In this document: positions 8,870 to 18,360 of the stretch, in pieces | Position numbering within the stretch: the stretch's first letter is position 1 | How the letters are laid out: every line of letters starts with the position of its first letter | NCBI GenBank assembly: GCA_039588295.1 | Contig: JBDHAB010000005.1 | Span: 1-64,000, forward strand | DNA: 64,000 nucleotides | Direction of reading: 5' to 3' | Source of the DNA: Gemmatimonadota bacterium | Lineage (GTDB): Bacteria > Gemmatimonadota > Gemmatimonadetes > Gemmatimonadales > GWC2-71-9 | Notes under the pieces: model-generated | Told to the model about the DNA's origin: nothing | The model's database searches: none | Seen by the model: the letters and a program-made list of their open reading frames with translations, nothing else | Program-made: the position numbers and the translations under genes

Positions 8870-10480
8870 TTACGTCTTGAGCCCTTTGAGCCAGGAGCGG
8901 AACTCGTCCTGCGAGTCGTCGTCCGGACCCTCCGACTCCTGCGGCGTCTCCGTCGTCTCGTCCGCCGAGGGTTCCTGCCCGCCGCCAAAGAACTCGTCGA
9001 ACGAGAACCCGCGCCGTGCTTCGTCCACGTCCTCGGGAATCGGCGCCGCCGCGGGTTCCGGGGACGAGTCGGGGGTGCGCCCCGCCACCTCGGCTTGGGT
9101 GGGTTCTGCCGTGGCACCAGGCCGGGCCGCGGCGAGCTCCCGCAACAGCATCCGTACCGACAGTCCCCCGGTTGCCGCCGCAGCAAACCGATCCGACTTC
9201 TTCGAGTCCACGGCGGGAACGCCCCTGGGCTCCTTTTCCGCCAGCTCGGCCAGGCGCGCCGTCAGTCGCGGATCACCAGGCCGCTCCGCGAGCAGGCTGG
9301 CGTAGACGTTTCGCGCCTCGCGATAGAGCCCCTGCTTGGCGTACAGCTCGGCCATGGTCTCCGTCACCACGGGCTCGAGCCGGCCGGCCTCTTCCTCGGT
9401 AGCCTCGGCCGCATCACCCATCTCCTGGTCCGGCATGATGAGCGGCAGCTCCTCCCGGGTTTCCTCGGCAGCGGGCGACTCAGGAGCCACCCACACTTCG
9501 GGTGGCGTTTCTGGCGCCTCGGGCTCCTCGACGAACACGACCTCCTCATCCCCGGTCACGCGTGGCACCGGCGGCTCGAACGCACGAAACGCCTCGTCGA
9601 GCGCGGCGGCTTCCGCAGCCTCGGGTGGCTCAACGACCGGAGCCTCGTCCGCGGGAACTGCCTCCGCAACGGCCGATTCCTCGGCGGCGACCTCCTCCTC
9701 CTCCGCCCCGCCGATCTCAAACGCGGTGGCCCCTTGGTCGTGCGGGATCGGCTCGTCCGTTACCCATGCTCCCGGTTCCTCCGCGGGCGCGAGCCCCTCC
9801 ACCGACTCGACCGCTGGCTCGTCGTCGACCAGCTCCAGCCCCGCACCGTATGGCTCGAATCCCGAGGGCGGCGGAGCGGTTTCCACTTCAGGGGCCTCCG
9901 GCACCACGTCCTCCGACACCACGTCCTCCGGGACCACGTCCTCGGCGTCCGGCACTTCCGACTCGGCAGTGCGCACCAATCCAAACGGCACCTCGTCGGG
10001 AGCCTCCTCTTCGGCCATCTCGAAGGCCACCGGCTCAGGGGGATGTTCGACCGGTACAGCTGGCGCGACCTCAGCTTCGGCGGGCGCACCCAACTTCTCT
10101 AGCGCGGCCTGCGCGTCTTCGTTCATGGGATCGACGTCGAGGAGCTGCTCGAGCCACCGTCGCGCCCCATCCACGTCGCCTTCGTGCTCGGCGATTTCCG
10201 AGAGCGACTTGAGCGCGATGATGTTCTCCACATCGAGCTGTAGCACGGTCTCGAACGCTCGCGCAGCACTGGCGTGCTGCTCTTTGTCGAGCAAGCAGCG
10301 CCCGAGCACGATGTGACCGCTTGTGTAATTGGGCCGCTTGTCGATCCACGCGTTGAGAACTTCGAGCGCCATATCGAGATCACCGGCCTTGCGGTAGGCA
10401 TCTGCAAGGGCTGCGAACCACTGCTCCGGCTTCTCGCGGAAGCGCTGTTCGAGCTTCTCGATCTCGCTTTGATAGGCCAT
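8870..10480 (-). CDS. TPR protein with long acidic Glu/Pro/Ala-rich linker and C-terminal TETMAELYAKQG TPR-like unit
   Basis: N-terminal TPRs (FAALADAYRKAGD..., GHIVLGRCLLD...), low-complexity acidic middle, C-terminal FRSWLKGLKT; start placed at MAYQSEIE downstream of a sigma70-like promoter. Confidence 0.8.
   Translation of the reverse strand: MAYQSEIEKLEQRFREKPEQWFAALADAYRKAGDLDMALEVLNAWIDKRPNYTSGHIVLGRCLLDKEQHASAARAFETVLQLDVENIIALKSLSEIAEHEGDVDGARRWLEQLLDVDPMNEDAQAALEKLGAPAEAEVAPAVPVEHPPEPVAFEMAEEEAPDEVPFGLVRTAESEVPDAEDVVPEDVVSEDVVPEAPEVETAPPPSGFEPYGAGLELVDDEPAVESVEGLAPAEEPGAWVTDEPIPHDQGATAFEIGGAEEEEVAAEESAVAEAVPADEAPVVEPPEAAEAAALDEAFRAFEPPVPRVTGDEEVVFVEEPEAPETPPEVWVAPESPAAEETREELPLIMPDQEMGDAAEATEEEAGRLEPVVTETMAELYAKQGLYREARNVYASLLAERPGDPRLTARLAELAEKEPRGVPAVDSKKSDRFAAAATGGLSVRMLLRELAAARPGATAEPTQAEVAGRTPDSSPEPAAAPIPEDVDEARRGFSFDEFFGGGQEPSADETTETPQESEGPDDDSQDEFRSWLKGLKT
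9902..9946. repeat. Three tandem 15-bp in-frame repeats (EDVVP/EDVVS/EDVVP)
   Basis: caccacgtcctccga / caccacgtcctccgg / gaccacgtcctcggc. Confidence 0.8.
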
Positions 10481-10520
10481 GGCCCGGCGCTGGTGGAAGG
10501 TGAGTGGAGGTAGCCGCAGC

Positions 10521-10550
10521 AACTTAGCGAAAACTCGCGACGGCTGTCAA
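10521..10550 (-). promoter_or_regulatory. sigma70-like promoter for the TPR-pepP-efp-accB operon
   Basis: Minus strand TTGACA-N18-TAAGTT about 40 nt upstream of ATG 10480. Confidence 0.55.
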
Positions 10551-10572
10551 CAGAAAATTCGACCCGTCCGGG

Positions 10573-10601
10573 TTGAGATTCGGCGTTGCCGCACTTAGAC
10601 T
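10573..10601 (+). promoter_or_regulatory. Divergent sigma70-like promoter for the SurA/PpiD-like gene
   Basis: TTGAGA-N17-TAGACT on plus strand. Confidence 0.5.
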
Positions 10602-10730
10602 TAGCGCTCCTTGGGACCTCGGTGGGACCCACCCCATTCGCACGCGCCCCCGACGGCTGATGCGACCGGATATCCCCGGTGGGGGTCGCCCCTCAGGTCG
10701 AGCCGCACGTGAACGGAGGTAACTGGCTCT

Positions 10731-12584
10731 ATGATGCGAACCATGCGCTCGATTGCGCCGTGGATCATGCTCGTAGTGGCGGTCGCATTCGTGGGCTGGA
10801 TGGTGTTCGACGTCGGGATGGACATCCAGGGCCGCGGATCCGGCGCCGCCGACGAGGTCGCGCGGATAAACGGGCGGAAGATTGATCAGCAGACGTTCTA
10901 CGCTGCCGTGCGCAACACGCAGGAGCTGCAGCGGCAGCAGGGCGTTCCCGCACCACGGACGATCGAGGAACAGCGCGAGCTCGAGACCGCCGTCCTCGAG
11001 CAGTTGATTCAGGACGTCCTGCTCAACGACGAATACCGCCGAAGGGACCTCGGTGTCAGTGACCGCGAGGTACGGGACGCGCTGATGAACTCCCCGCTTC
11101 CAGAGATTCAGAGTATTCCCGACTTCCAAACCGAGGGTCAGTTCGACCTCGCCAAGTATCAGCGCTACCTGCAGGCGGACCGCTCCTTCGCCTTGGCACT
11201 CGAGGCGCGATACCGTGAGGAGATTCCACGCATCAAGTTCCTCGACCGTGTCACCGAAGACGTGTACGTGTCGGACGCCAAGCTGTGGCGGATCTTCCGT
11301 GACCAACACGACTCGGTGACCGCGGACATCGTGGCGCTTGTTCCTTCGGTGGTCGTCCGCCAGGAGACGGTCTCGATCACGGATGAGGAAACCGAGCAGT
11401 ACTACCGGGAGCACCGTGACGACTTCGACCGCCCGGCCCGTGCCTTTCTGAGCTTTGTCGCCCTGTCGCGCCGCCCCAACGCCGCGGACTCGGCAGCGGC
11501 GTTGAGGCGCGCCCAGGCGCTGCGTGCTGAGATCGTCGGTGGTGTGGATTTCGCGGAGGTGGCCCTACGCGAGTCCGCCGATTCCATCTCGCGGGAGAAC
11601 GGGGGTGACCTCGGCGAAGTGGCGCTCGGCCGATTCGTCCCCTCCTTCGAGGAAGCGGCATTGGCACTCCGGCCCGGACAGATCTCCCAACCGGTGCTGA
11701 CGGACTTCGGCTACCACATCATCCGGCTCGAATCGAAGCGCGATACCAGCTTCCAGGCTCGTCACGTCTTGGTACCCATCGAGCTGTACGGTGAACACCT
11801 CGATGAGGTGGATCGCCGCGCCGATTCGCTGGATCTGTTTGCTGCGGACCTCGACGACCCCACGGCGCTCGATACCGTCGCACACCGGTTGGGAATCGAC
11901 GTCGCGGCGGCACCCGTGTTGACAGACGGTAATCGGTTGCAGCTCGGTCGCTTTGTGGTCCCCGATGCGCACATTTGGGCGTTCGAAGCCGCCGCGGGGC
12001 AGACGTCGCCCATCATCGAGACAGACTGGGCCTATTACGTCTTCCGCCTCGACAGCCTGGTCCCGGCAGGCGTCGCTCCGCTGGAAGAGGTTCGGGAACA
12101 GGCACAACGGTTAGCCATATCGGACGAACAGTGGAATGGGGCGCGTGGGCTCGCGACGGAGATCCAGGACGCGATCGCTCGAGGGTTGGATCTCAGACAG
12201 GTCGCCGACTCATTCAGCCTGCGCGTTGAGCGGCAAGGCCCGTTCACACGGGTCACGCCGCCGCCCGCGCTGCGTGATATCCCCGATGCCATCGGGGCGG
12301 CGTTCGGACTCCCCCTCGCACAGCCGAGCGGTCCCTACGAATCCGAGTTCGGCTTGTTCTTCGTGGAGCCGCTCCGCAAGCGATTTGCCGACAGCACGGC
12401 GTTCCTTGCCGCCAAAGACTCGCTGCACGCCGACCTCATCCAGCAGGCTCGGTCGGCGCGGGTGCAGCTGATTATCTCCTCACTGCGCGAGGAGGCATCG
12501 GTCGTGGACCGTCGAGAGGAACTGGAGCGGGCCCGACGGCAGGCGGAAAACCTCCCGGTCCCGGGGTCGCCCCTCGGATTCTGA
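10731..12584 (+). CDS. PpiD/SurA-like membrane-anchored periplasmic chaperone / parvulin PPIase
   Basis: N-terminal TM anchor, SurA_N-like region (VARINGRKI...LEQLIQDVLL), rotamase motif FAEVALRESAD...GGDLG...FEEAA...GQISQPVLTDFGYHII; GGAGG SD upstream. Confidence 0.88.
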   Translation: MMRTMRSIAPWIMLVVAVAFVGWMVFDVGMDIQGRGSGAADEVARINGRKIDQQTFYAAVRNTQELQRQQGVPAPRTIEEQRELETAVLEQLIQDVLLNDEYRRRDLGVSDREVRDALMNSPLPEIQSIPDFQTEGQFDLAKYQRYLQADRSFALALEARYREEIPRIKFLDRVTEDVYVSDAKLWRIFRDQHDSVTADIVALVPSVVVRQETVSITDEETEQYYREHRDDFDRPARAFLSFVALSRRPNAADSAAALRRAQALRAEIVGGVDFAEVALRESADSISRENGGDLGEVALGRFVPSFEEAALALRPGQISQPVLTDFGYHIIRLESKRDTSFQARHVLVPIELYGEHLDEVDRRADSLDLFAADLDDPTALDTVAHRLGIDVAAAPVLTDGNRLQLGRFVVPDAHIWAFEAAAGQTSPIIETDWAYYVFRLDSLVPAGVAPLEEVREQAQRLAISDEQWNGARGLATEIQDAIARGLDLRQVADSFSLRVERQGPFTRVTPPPALRDIPDAIGAAFGLPLAQPSGPYESEFGLFFVEPLRKRFADSTAFLAAKDSLHADLIQQARSARVQLIISSLREEASVVDRREELERARRQAENLPVPGSPLGF

Positions 12585-12602
12585 GCCAGCTCTCCCCGAA
12601 CG

Positions 12603-12646
12603 CCAACGGCGCCGCGAGGATTTCGTCAATCCAGCGGCGCCGTTGG
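12603..12646. terminator. Hairpin between converging surA-like and tatA genes (likely bidirectional terminator)
   Basis: ccaacggcgccgc (12603-12615) / gcggcgccgttgg (12634-12646), a perfect 13-bp inverted repeat, plus inner ggatt/aatcc pairing. Confidence 0.7.
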
Positions 12647-12684
12647 TATGTGTCGCCCTCCAGTCTACCCGCTACTCCCTTCCC

Positions 12685-12930
12685 TCACTCCGATAGCTTC
12701 TTCGGGTCACCCCCACCCGACTCGCCGGACGGTGCGTCAATCTGGCGTGGCGACGTCCCGCTATCGTCTTCCTTCTCGATGCCGTCTTTCATGTCGCTGA
12801 TGCTGCGTTTGAACTCGCGAATCCCCTTACCCATCGACGACCCAATCTCCGGCAGACGCTTTGCGCCAAACACCAGCAGCGCCACGAGTAAGATGATGAG
12901 GAGTTCGGTCATCCCAAGATTGAATGGCAT
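12685..12930 (-). CDS. tatA: Twin-arginine translocase TatA/TatE subunit
   Basis: LGMTELLIILLVALLVFGAKRLPEIGSSMGKGIREFK. Confidence 0.95.
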   Translation of the reverse strand: MPFNLGMTELLIILLVALLVFGAKRLPEIGSSMGKGIREFKRSISDMKDGIEKEDDSGTSPRQIDAPSGESGGGDPKKLSE

Positions 12931-13029
12931 ACATGCCTCACACGAATGTCAGATGTCAGTCCCGGACTGCGTGCTGGGCGCCGAACCCTGCCCCCCCAAA
13001 CGTCCGGACACGTGATTCTGACCTGAACG

Positions 13030-13302
13030 CTAGAACAGCGACCGTGCCAGCAAGTACGCCAACACGATCCCAACGAGGCCCAGTAGAGAGACCTGCAGCG
13101 CCACCGGCCCTACTGTGAAACTGAAGATAATCAGGTTCAGGTGCAACGGGCCGATCGATGGCGTCACGGTCCAGGTGAAGAACTCCTTTGCCGGCCCGTC
13201 CGGCAGGAATTGCTCGAGCAGAGCGGAGAGGAATCCTCCAATGACAAAGCCGACCGCCAGGACTCCGATGTAGAACAGCGGGCGCCGCGGACCGATTGCC
13301 AT
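13030..13302 (-). CDS. Small membrane protein, DUF4321-like
   Basis: 90 aa, two hydrophobic segments, P.HLNL.IFSFT.G....VSLLGLVG pattern; 3 nt downstream of the polyprenyl synthase stop. Confidence 0.7.
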   Translation of the reverse strand: MAIGPRRPLFYIGVLAVGFVIGGFLSALLEQFLPDGPAKEFFTWTVTPSIGPLHLNLIIFSFTVGPVALQVSLLGLVGIVLAYLLARSLF

Positions 13303-13305
13303 GGC

Positions 13306-14295
13306 CTAGCTCCGCCGATCGACGACGTACGCGATGCAGTCCCGCAGCGCGTCGCGCGCCGGATTGTCGGGGACGCGCTCCAGCTCCACCTCCGCGAGGA
13401 GTGCAAACTCCTGCGCCCGCGACTGGGCCGCCACAATCCCGCCGCGGCGCTCTACACACGCGATCACGTCGCTGATCTGGGCATCCGATGGCTCGGGATC
13501 GGTCATGAGCCCGCGAACCGTGTGCCGCTCGTCGGACGACATCTCAGGAAGCGCGGCAATCAGGGGGAGCGTGATCTTGTGCTCGCGAAGATCCTGACCC
13601 GCGGGTTTGCCCGTAACCTGCTCCGAACTCGTGTAGTCCAAGAGATCGTCTACGATTTGGAACGCCACTCCCAAAGCCCGGCCGTAGCGCCGCAGTGGTT
13701 CCCGATAGGCGCTGTCGCCTTCCAACGCACCGACCTCGCACGCCCCCGACATGAGCGAGGCGGTCTTTGCGTCGATCAGTCGATCGTAGTCGTCGGTCGA
13801 GAAATCGAGAATGTCGTGCGCCTCGATCTCACGCATCTCCCCGACTGTCATTTCGTTCGTGACCCGGGCAATGACCTCGAGCGGCGCGAGATCTCCGTGC
13901 GCTACGAGTTCAACCACGGCGCGTGAATACAGAAAGTCGCCCATGATGACGGCCGTCTGGTGACTGAACAAGGCGTTGACAGTCGGCTGCCCACGTCGTA
14001 GGACCGAATGATCGATCGAGTCGTCGTGAATCAGGGTGGCCAAGTGAATCAGCTCCACGACCGCAGCCAGCATGGTGCTGCGCTCACGGACCCCGCCGGT
14101 GGCCCGCGCCGACAGCAGCAGCAGGGTCGGACGGAACATCTTGCCCTTGATCTGGAGCAGATGTCGGTTGACGTCCTCGATGAGCCGAAAGTCCGACCTG
14201 ATGATACGACCCAGCTCTTCGAACGACCGATCCAAATCCCGCCGAACCAGCTGCTGGATGGATCGCAGGGTCACCGGGGCGACCTCGGAGCGCAT
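13306..14295 (-). CDS. Polyprenyl diphosphate synthase (IspB/HepT-like)
   Basis: GKMFRP, ELIHLATLIHDDSID (FARM), RRG, GD, KTASL, AFQIVDDLLD (SARM), GQDLREHKITLP. Confidence 0.93.
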   Translation of the reverse strand: MRSEVAPVTLRSIQQLVRRDLDRSFEELGRIIRSDFRLIEDVNRHLLQIKGKMFRPTLLLLSARATGGVRERSTMLAAVVELIHLATLIHDDSIDHSVLRRGQPTVNALFSHQTAVIMGDFLYSRAVVELVAHGDLAPLEVIARVTNEMTVGEMREIEAHDILDFSTDDYDRLIDAKTASLMSGACEVGALEGDSAYREPLRRYGRALGVAFQIVDDLLDYTSSEQVTGKPAGQDLREHKITLPLIAALPEMSSDERHTVRGLMTDPEPSDAQISDVIACVERRGGIVAAQSRAQEFALLAEVELERVPDNPARDALRDCIAYVVDRRS

Positions 14296-14299
14296 GCGC

Positions 14300-17035
14300 T
14301 CAGTTCCCGGTCCCGGCAAGCCCCTTCACCCGTTCACCGACGTCCTGGAACCCGATGTCGACAGCGAAGACCCGCTGATAGTGCATGATGGCCTCGGATC
14401 GCCTCCCCTGCTCCTCTTCGCACCTCCCGAGCCAGTAGAGCAACCCGACCTTTGCCTCGTCCGTGCCTAGGTCCGAGTCCACCGCTCGTCGCAACACGGT
14501 CGAGCCGACGGAGTATTGGCCCTTCTCGAAGAAGCACGTGCCCAGTGCTTCCGCCGTCTGCAAGCGACCTTGCGGCGAGCGGAGCGCCTTCTGGAATTCC
14601 GAGATGGCCTCGTCGACCAGACCCATCTCCTTGAACGCCACACCGAGGTCGTAGTGCGCCTGCCAATCTTCGTCGGCGAGATTGGCTTCAATGCCACGCT
14701 TGAATTGCGACAACATCTCCTGAAAGTCGCGTTCCTCGTCGCCGGTCGGTTCCTCCTCTTCGATACGCATGCGCGTATCGCGCACGATCTCTTCGTCCTC
14801 CTCGAGGATGAGGGCGCCGAGATCGACGAAATCACCCTTGGGGGGTGTTTGCTCGACTTCCCTTCCAACCGCGACCGGCACCATCTCGGCTTCGGGTTCA
14901 GCGGGCTCCAGCGTCTGCAGCCCGATCTGCGCCTGCTCGTTGTCGGGATCGTGCTCAAGCACCCGCTGGTAGACCGCCCGTGCCCGTTCCGCTGCGCCAC
15001 TGCGGAACAGCGCGTCGGCCAGACCGAGGTACGCCTCGGCCAGGGCTCCCTTGTGGCTCCGCAGGAACGCGAGCTCGACACGCTTCTGGTGGTGCCGCAC
15101 GCTGTTGGGATCGAGTCGCAGGATCTCGACGACCACGCCGTCCGCGCGGGCCCAGTCCTCACTGGATTCGTGCATCCGCAACGCGATGTCCAGCTCCTCG
15201 AGCCCGCGCTGCCGATCGCCTGACTCGATCAGGGCTTCGGCGAGGGAACGGTGGAGATCGGCGTTGTCCGGATCGTCGGCTACCTGAGTCTCGAGCGTGT
15301 CAATGTCAGGCGGCGCGACGTCGAGTTCCGCGACTTCCTCCGCATCAGCCGGAGCTTCGAGCACGGGTAGGAGTTCTACCGATCCCTCCTCGGGCTCGAC
15401 CTCCACAGCCTCCGGGACCACCTCTTCCCCGACCGGCGCCTCAGACTCCGGCAAGAGTTCCATTGGTGCTTCCCGTGATGCCTCGGGGACGGCAGCGATC
15501 TCTTCGGCGGCATCCGGGGCCTCAATCACCAACTCGCCGCTCGGCGCTTCTTCCAAGCCGAAACCACCCAGATCGAGCTCAGGAACCTCTAACGCGCCCA
15601 CTTCGGTCTCGTCCCAAATCGCGCCTTCGGTGACAATCTCGACGTCTAACGTCTCCTCGGGCTCGGACAGCTGGAGATTCTTCCGGTCCTCAACCTCGAT
15701 GACGAACTCTTCTTCAACCTCCTCGAGCACATCGAACTCCGGCTCCGCCGGCTCAACGGGGCCAGGTATTTCCGCTTCTTCCCGTTCCGCCGGAGCGGGA
15801 ACCTCGAACTCGAGGTCCGCGACCGCGAGTTCTTCCTCAGCAAGCTCCAGAAACTCGGTCGTCGACACGCCGGCAACCTCGGCAGGTGGCTCGACGGCGG
15901 TCACCGCCTCGTCTTCGTGCAGTTCCGCAGGCTCGGTTTCCGCCAACTCCGGCTCCGGGGCCTGCATCGCAGTGGGCTCGATCTCCACGCCCTCCACCTC
16001 GGCGGCCGAGGGTGGCTCGAATTCGACTTCGACGTCCAGGCCCTCCAACATCTCCACCTCGGACTCGTCGATGCTCAGGTAATCCTGAGACGCCCGCTCG
16101 ACGGGTAGCTCCCGGGCTGCTTCGGTTTCCTCCTCGAACGACGTCGGCTCGATCTCGAGTGCCTGGACTTCACCCGCGTCCTCGAGGTAGTCGTCGGTCG
16201 CCGCAGCCACCTCGGCCGGCGGCTCCTCGAACGACGTCGGCTCGACCACGAGTGCCTCGGCAGGCAGCGTGGGCGCCGGCACGACCGGCTCCACCACTGC
16301 AGCCGGTGTCGCTGGCGGTTCCTCCACCGTCTCCGGCGCGGGTTCGTCGCTCAGGTCGAGGAAAATCAAGTCCGACGTCTTCGACTTGGGCTTGATCTTG
16401 GGCTTTGGGGCCGCCTCGACGTCGTACTCGGGGTCGATGGCCTTCATGCGCTCCAGCGTCGCTCGAGTCCGCCGCGCATCACCAGCGGCTTCGACTTCGG
16501 CATAGAGCTTGGCCAGCTGCTCGCGTGCCTCGTCCGTCCGGGCTGCAGCCTTGAGCTGCTCCGCCAGCATGAGGCGGATCTCCTCGTTCTCCGGCGAGAG
16601 ATCGGCAAACTCCTTGAGCGCCCGAAACGCCTCCTCGAGCTTGCCGGATTTCTGCATGCGCTCCGCATACTCGAGGAGGTTGCGCTTCGCCTCGGCAACG
16701 AAGCCGCACTCAATCATCAACTTCGCCAGCTTCAAGTAGATCGGGGTTCGACCCGGCGCATTGCGCAGGATCTTGTTGCACAGCGCAATCGCGTTGTTGG
16801 GGAATCCGGAATCGGCATACCGGTTGACGGCCTTTTCGTACGTCTCGACGCCGGACGTGACGTTGCCGACCTTGATGTAGAGGTCGCCGATCTTGTTGTA
16901 GAGCGAGAGCTCGCTGTCGGCCGACGGGGTACCATCGACCTCATCAACGATCTTCTCGTACTGGGCGATCGCCTTGTCCCAGTTCCCCTTCGACTCGAAC
17001 CTGCGGGCCCTGTCTTTGGCTCTCTCGATGTTCAG
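14300..17035 (-). CDS. Large TPR protein (about 911 aa) with acidic linker; probable CTG start
   Basis: The frame stays open 100 codons upstream of the ORF-track start (LNIERAKDRARRFESKGNWDKAIAQYEKIV...LYNKIGDLYIKVG...NAIALCNKILR, TPR-like). GAGGT SD 5 nt before CTG at 17035. C-terminal HYDLGVAFKEMGLVDEAISEFQKA TPRs. Confidence 0.82.
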   Translation of the reverse strand: MNIERAKDRARRFESKGNWDKAIAQYEKIVDEVDGTPSADSELSLYNKIGDLYIKVGNVTSGVETYEKAVNRYADSGFPNNAIALCNKILRNAPGRTPIYLKLAKLMIECGFVAEAKRNLLEYAERMQKSGKLEEAFRALKEFADLSPENEEIRLMLAEQLKAAARTDEAREQLAKLYAEVEAAGDARRTRATLERMKAIDPEYDVEAAPKPKIKPKSKTSDLIFLDLSDEPAPETVEEPPATPAAVVEPVVPAPTLPAEALVVEPTSFEEPPAEVAAATDDYLEDAGEVQALEIEPTSFEEETEAARELPVERASQDYLSIDESEVEMLEGLDVEVEFEPPSAAEVEGVEIEPTAMQAPEPELAETEPAELHEDEAVTAVEPPAEVAGVSTTEFLELAEEELAVADLEFEVPAPAEREEAEIPGPVEPAEPEFDVLEEVEEEFVIEVEDRKNLQLSEPEETLDVEIVTEGAIWDETEVGALEVPELDLGGFGLEEAPSGELVIEAPDAAEEIAAVPEASREAPMELLPESEAPVGEEVVPEAVEVEPEEGSVELLPVLEAPADAEEVAELDVAPPDIDTLETQVADDPDNADLHRSLAEALIESGDRQRGLEELDIALRMHESSEDWARADGVVVEILRLDPNSVRHHQKRVELAFLRSHKGALAEAYLGLADALFRSGAAERARAVYQRVLEHDPDNEQAQIGLQTLEPAEPEAEMVPVAVGREVEQTPPKGDFVDLGALILEEDEEIVRDTRMRIEEEEPTGDEERDFQEMLSQFKRGIEANLADEDWQAHYDLGVAFKEMGLVDEAISEFQKALRSPQGRLQTAEALGTCFFEKGQYSVGSTVLRRAVDSDLGTDEAKVGLLYWLGRCEEEQGRRSEAIMHYQRVFAVDIGFQDVGERVKGLAGTGN

Positions 17036-17094
17036 GGTGAACCTCGACCGACTGGAAAGTGGAGACTGCGTGGACGACGGCTACTGCAAATCGT

Positions 17095-18360
17095 TCAAAC
17101 TAAGAAATTTACGGATCCCGCCCCCGGGTGACAAGCCACACCGGCCACCCAAACGGTAGTCACCAAGTTCGCACCGTACCAGTATACCAGTTCGCGCCAG
17201 TCCCGCACCGCCACCAGCGTGAGATCGGCACGGAACCCGGGCGCAATCTGCCCTCGCGTGTGTCCTTCCCCAACCGCCGCCGCACCGTTGGCCGTCATCG
17301 CGATCACGGCCTCTGCGGGAACCAGACCCGCCTGGGACACCGCAAGCGTGGCCATCAACGGCAAGCTCATTCCCGGCGAACTGCCCGGGTTGAAATCCGT
17401 CGCCAGCGCGACCGCGGCTCCGGCATCCACGAGCCGTCGTGCAGGGGCCTGGCGCCGTTGACCCAGGAACATCATCGTGCCCGGGAGGAGAACCGCAACG
17501 GTCTCGCTGTGCGCCAGGGCGGTGATGCCTGCCTCGGAGATTGCCGCCAGGTGATCGGCGCTCACCGCGCCCAGCACCGCCGCCAGCTCGGCCCCACCGG
17601 ACGGATCGAGCTCGTCAGCGTGAATCTTGAGCTCCATCCCGTGTCTCAGCGCGGCCTCTAGCACACGGCGCGACTGGTCCACAGTGAATACACCCGGTTC
17701 GCAAAACACGTCGCAGTACCGGGCGATGCCCTGTCGCTCCACGGCCGGAAGCATCTCGCGGACCACCAGATCCACGTACTCGTCCGGATGGCTCCGGTAC
17801 TCAGCCGGAACCTCGTGGGCGCCCAAGAACGTGGGAACGACCGACGGGCCGCCGTTGGAGACCGCCGCCGTCACCTCGAGCTGTTTGAGCTCCGCATCCA
17901 CGGCCAGGCCGTAGCCCGACTTGACTTCGACCGTGGTCGTCCCGAGAGCGAGCAAGTGGTTCAACCGCCGACGCGTGAGATCGGTCAGCTCATCGGGAGA
18001 ACGCTCGCGGACATCGCGCACGGACGAGAGAATACCGCCGCCGGCCGCCGCGATCTCCTTGTACCCGACTCCGTGAGCGCGGCGCTCATGGTCGGCGAGC
18101 CGTGCCGCCCCGAACACCGCGTGCGTGTGGCAGTCGACGAAGCCCGGAAACAACACGCCATCGACGTCCACCACCTGTGCATCCGGATGAGCTCGCCTGA
18201 GATCCCGCGTGGCGCCGACAGCGCCAATGCGGCCATCATCTGCAAGCAGCACGGCCCCGTCATCCAGCACGTCAAGCTCGCGCATCTCACTGCCGCGCCG
18301 AGCCCGGGCTGCGCCACGACAGGTCACCACCTGACTCGCACCAACGAGCAGCGTAGTCAG
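17095..18360 (-). CDS. hutI: Imidazolonepropionase
   Basis: [67 protein letters not shown]. Start likely CTG at 18360 overlapping the hutU stop; GTG at 18330 is the alternative. Confidence 0.95.
   Translation of the reverse strand: MTTLLVGASQVVTCRGAARARRGSEMRELDVLDDGAVLLADDGRIGAVGATRDLRRAHPDAQVVDVDGVLFPGFVDCHTHAVFGAARLADHERRAHGVGYKEIAAAGGGILSSVRDVRERSPDELTDLTRRRLNHLLALGTTTVEVKSGYGLAVDAELKQLEVTAAVSNGGPSVVPTFLGAHEVPAEYRSHPDEYVDLVVREMLPAVERQGIARYCDVFCEPGVFTVDQSRRVLEAALRHGMELKIHADELDPSGGAELAAVLGAVSADHLAAISEAGITALAHSETVAVLLPGTMMFLGQRRQAPARRLVDAGAAVALATDFNPGSSPGMSLPLMATLAVSQAGLVPAEAVIAMTANGAAAVGEGHTRGQIAPGFRADLTLVAVRDWRELVYWYGANLVTTVWVAGVACHPGAGSVNFLV
17106..17134 (-). promoter_or_regulatory. sigma70-like promoter inside the hutI 3' end, upstream of the large TPR gene
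   Basis: Minus strand TTGTCA-N17-TAAATT. Confidence 0.5.
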
